Shown: piece after piece, positions 60,515 through 64,000 of the stretch | How positions within the stretch are numbered: the stretch's first letter is position 1 | Layout: each line of letters starts with the position of its first letter | Assembly: GCF_009914755.1 (NCBI RefSeq) | Contig: NC_060947.1 | DNA: 64,000 nucleotides | Origin: the human T2T-CHM13v2.0 reference genome, Homo sapiens | Direction: 5' to 3' (one strand) | The notes under the pieces: generated by a model | What the model was told of the DNA's origin: nothing | The model's database searches: none | The model's input: only the letters and a program-made list of their open reading frames with translations | Translations under genes and position numbers: made by a program

Positions 60515-63429
60515 GTTGTGAAGGGAATCCCCTTTTTCCACTAAATGACATTTTCACTCCGTTTAGGAAAGGTCTCCACTGGAAAGTGAGTTCTTGTCAT
60601 TTGAACCATAAGAAAATGCCATCCCCAAACCAGGGATATCAAAAGACCTGGACTCACATCCATACAAAATCAGAATTTAGTCACTTATCAGATCTGTGAT
60701 CTTGAGCCGTGTGGTCAACTTCTCGGGGTCTCAATTTTCTCCCCAACAATGAGGTAGTTGTATTCAGTCCTTGGACACTTTCCCACTTGAGCAAGTGCAA
60801 GAAACAGGTGTAGACTGGGTCCCCAAGGAAATCTATCCTAATGACCGTAATTTGAAAGGGTAGATGGGGGGAGGGGATCTGTTGATCAGAAGGCAGCGTG
60901 GAATGAAGCAGGGGTATAAATAAAGTAATGCCTAAATAAGTCGACTGAAATGGAATGGGCCCCTGGAAACTCAGCCCTTGGTCTGGCTCTCTTGGCCCAG
61001 TTGGCTGGCTCAAGGGAGGAGCCTTCCACCTCTCAAAACCCTCTTGGCTCCCATCTGCCTCCTGCCCGTCTTCCACTTTCTGCTTAGTAGGGTTAATGTA
61101 GTCTGCTTTGCAGTAGAGGAAATGCCTTCACACCCTATTTTTATTTACAGTGGCAAATTTCTGTTGTGTGCAATGGAATAGGCCAGTGTCAGGAAGGATT
61201 AATGGGGACTCCCAACTGAGAACGCAGCATGAATAATGGTGGGAGGAGAGACAGAGTGAAAAGCCTGATATGGGGTTCTTCAGGCCAGTTAAGGGTGCTT
61301 TGGGGAAAAGTGGTCATATCTTACTTTATTAGTTATGGGCAAAGTTAATCTCCTCCTCTGCACCCCCAACGCCTCTGTCCCAGACCAGCTTGTCTTACTT
61401 TCTGACTGGATTATTGCAACAGCCTTTTCCCAGGCCTCTTTGCCTCTAGCTTCTTGGCTCTATTCCATTCACCACTCTTCACCTTTATCTTTCTATATCC
61501 CGACATTGATCACTTATCCCATCTACTTGACTATGACCTATACGAGAGAAGAGATTGAGTCATCTTGTTAATTGCCTAATTTCCTTTGCCAAGCACCGTG
61601 TTTTTCATAGAGGAGATGCTTAATAAATGTTTGACAGGTGATTCAATGAATAAATAAATACCATGGACCAGTGACTATGCTCATCATTGTAGGATAGTCC
61701 TCTCATGTGCTCCCACAGTCGACAATGTTTGCCCCATCAAAGAACTTATGCTATAGTTTGTAACTGCTTGTTTATGAGACTGAGAATTCTGTGAGGACAG
61801 GGACCACATTTGTCGGGTTTACCTTCCCAGACATATGTTACGTTCACACCCTGCACGGTGTTGAACGAATGCATGAATCAGTGTTCCACGGGAAATATAT
61901 TTTACCTCCATTTCTAACTGTACATTCAGCAGTTACTGATTGGGCACCTACTATGTGCAAGGCCGTGTCTAGGCATTGGAAATTTTTCAGTGAACAAGAC
62001 AGACAAAAGCCTCTGCTTTGATGGAGTTTATATTTTAGTGAGGAAGACAGTCAATAAATCAATGGACACATATTTATATAAGAAAATGTCAAGTAGTGAT
62101 AAGAGCTATGAAGAAAAATGATGCAGGGCAAAGGGGTAGACAATGGTGGAGAAGATTCCTATTTTAGCTTGGGACTCTGAGGAGAGAACATATAAAAGAC
62201 CTGAATGAGGTGAGTGATGAGGCATTCCAAGCAGAGAGGACTAAGAGTGCCAATGCCCTGATACAGGAATGTGTTTGGCAAGTTTCAGGAATAGTAAGGA
62301 GGCCAGTGTGGCTAAAGTACAGTGAACAAGGAGATGGGCATACGAGATCAGAGAGCTAGGCAGGGTCCAGATCATGTAGGGCTGTGGAGGCCATAATAAA
62401 GTTGAGAGACTGCTCTAAGTAAAATTAAAAGCCAACAAAAGACTTTAATGCAGGCAGTCAGCAACAATTTATTTATTTGTTATTAAATAGTAGGTCTGTG
62501 AACCCTGGTGAGGAAAATCCTGGAGGCAAGAGGAGACAACCCAGTTAGAAAGCTAGTGCAATAGACCAGGTGATGCATGATGATAGCTTGGTCCACTATT
62601 AGTAATGGGAGTGAGGAGGAAGTGGTTGGATCAGGATATATTTTGAGTACAGAGCCAACATATCTGGATAGTTTGGATGTATGGTAGGAGATAGTTCAAA
62701 GCCACCTCCTCTGGGAAGCCTTCCCTGACATTCCTTACCTTCCTACCATGGAAATCAATGTCTCTCCCTAGATACTCATGTCACTTTTCAGCTCTATAAT
62801 GTTAATGACAGCATTCCATCTTCCGGCAGAGCTGAGATACCTGTTCACATCTACTACTCCCACTCGACTTAGACCTCCTCAGGGACCCTGGTGGTCATCT
62901 TTGTAGTCTTTACCAGACCCTGTACGATGACTTATGCAGAATAGTTGACCAATAAATACTGGTGAGATTGAATAGATTAACTAAATTGAAGCTGTTTATT
63001 ATTGCTTCCAGTGTATGGTTGCAAAACTCTCCAATCATAGAATGTAAGCAGAAGAATTATTTCAACATCACCAGCTTTTAATTACTAAAGTCCATTTGAT
63101 GGATGCCTCTGCTTGAATTATTGACATCATGAGGATTAAGATGTGGTCCCTTGATTAAAAAGAAGGGTTGAGTGAGGGGCGTGGAGAGCGCCAGAGGGTG
63201 GGATATTTAATGAAGCCTTTTCTCTCAGCTCATGTTCAGCTAGTGAAGCTGTCAGGGGAAGTGAAAACTATCTAGAGGAGGATCGAGCTGATATTTATAA
63301 AAACGGCAGAAGTGAGAGGAGGCAGGGACATTTGAAGCATAAAAGTTGGAGCACATGTACCTGGATTCAAATTTTAGCTTTCTCATTTGCTACTTACGGC
63401 TCTCTGAGAAAGTGTTTAAAAAGTTGTTT

Positions 63430-63710
63430 CATTTGCTTTTAACTGAGATACAACTTACATACAAAAATACATAAATCTTAAGTGTACAACCTAATGAATT
63501 TTTAGAGATGTATACATCATGTACCCATCTCCTATAAAAATGTAGAACATTTCCAGCACCTCAGCAGGCTCCGATATGCTCCTTCTAGTTAGTATCCCCT
63601 GCAGAGGTAGCTACTATGATAACTTCTATTACCGTGTAGCCATTTTGTCTGTTTTTAATCTTCATGTAAACAAAATAATGCAGAATGTTCTCTAGTGTCT
63701 GGCTTCTTTC
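63430..63710 (-). mobile_element. Old L1M (MB/ME) 3' end fragment
   Basis: 'aaatcttaagtgtacaac...tagaacatttccagcacc.cagcaggctcc'. Confidence 0.7.
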
Positions 63711-64000
63711 TGAGAAAGTCATTTAAACCCTTTAGGCCTCAGTTTCCTCAGTCTTTATAACAGGAATACTAGTAGTAGCAGTTATATCAAAGAGGTATGA
63801 AGATTTCATGAGATAAATCATATAAAATGCTTAGAATAGTGTGTACGGGATAAATATTAGTCCTTTCCTTCCATCCTTTCCTTGTAAGTTCCTACAGCTA
63901 TGATAAGCACTATTGGGCTACAAGGGAAGTATAAAGGGCAGTTGATACCCTTAAGGAACTTATAATCTAGTTAGACACAAGGATGTAATGTACTTGGTAA

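Noticed and set aside
60223-60699. 158-aa ORF sharing a peptide with ORF 58466..58741
   Set aside because: The shared peptide simply reflects the local DNA duplication. Low-complexity TG content and no known domain.

Overview
Primate, almost certainly human, repeat-rich intronic or intergenic DNA. I could not recognise any cellular protein-coding exon, RNA gene or CpG island. The long ORFs all belong to LINE-1. The main elements are (1) a full-length L1PA2-type LINE-1 (8737-~14766) with intact ORF1 and ORF0, a disabled ORF2, and a ~300-bp 3' transduction closed by a second poly(A) tail and the true TSD at 15082-15093, and (2) a young L1HS-type element (52859-56372) with a twin-priming 5' inversion and a 16-bp TSD, inserted in a MER5A. 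The rest is older L1, L2, MIR, MaLR/ERV LTRs, DNA transposons (including a Ricksha/MULE carrying captured ERVL sequence), two Alus and microsatellites. Structure not explained by repeat labels includes two local ~200-bp dispersed duplications (one inside a (TA)n tract, one bracketing a strong CTCF motif), a tailless Alu that still has a TSD, an ancient L1MA inversion with a surviving TSD, and a 61-nt hairpin in unique sequence. I see no evidence for a wholly new biological system. Repeat subfamily names come from recalled consensus sequences and boundaries of old repeats are approximate.
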